64,000 nucleotides of DNA from Candidatus Altiarchaeota archaeon. GTDB lineage: Archaea > Altiarchaeota > Altiarchaeia > IMC4 > SCGC-AAA252-I15. The notes beneath the pieces were generated by a model. The model did no database searches and was not told the DNA's origin. It saw only the letters and a list, made by a program, of their open reading frames with translations. Every line of letters begins with the position of its first letter. Within the stretch, counting starts at the first letter, position 1. The translations under genes and the position numbers were made by a program. The stretch is taken from NCBI GenBank assembly GCA_043800705.1, contig JAZDMS010000023.1, positions 65,584 through 129,583 of the forward strand, written 5' to 3'. Shown here piece by piece: positions 61,463-64,000 of the stretch.

Positions 61463-64000
<2,538 letters not shown>

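Overview
Archaeal chromosome segment. Archaeal markers include 16S/23S rRNA, BHB-intron tRNAs, thermosome, fibrillarin, Spt5, L35Ae and BRE/TATA promoters. The divergent 16S and the Thr-rich/Cys-motif surface proteins suggest a DPANN lineage such as Altiarchaeota (inference). Most of the window is GC-rich housekeeping DNA: alaS, aroD-larB-TPR-larC/aroE, DRG GTPase, ftsZ-secE-spt5-rpl11/rpl1-rpl10, the por operon, his genes, rnz, argB, four tRNAs and an rRNA operon truncated in 23S. The main unexplained pattern is a recurring architecture with no integrase in the window. At five conserved loci (alaS, porB, tRNA-Phe, rnz, tRNA-His) the 3' end of the gene is duplicated downstream. The two copies bracket one foreign-looking cargo gene or, at rnz, only a palindrome. 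Displaced tRNA fragments carry a shared 28-nt REP-like hairpin, and both tRNA 3' copies break at the same T-loop position (TTCAA|AT). Other observations are AT-rich in-frame patches and a 14-aa repeat inside alaS, an 89-nt tRNA-Ala intron built from a repeat that also lies downstream of the tRNA, 7-nt-period inverted repeats, a G8 frameshift in porB, and a tail-less uL10 next to an extended uL11. Functional calls come from recognising motifs by eye; no database searches were run.
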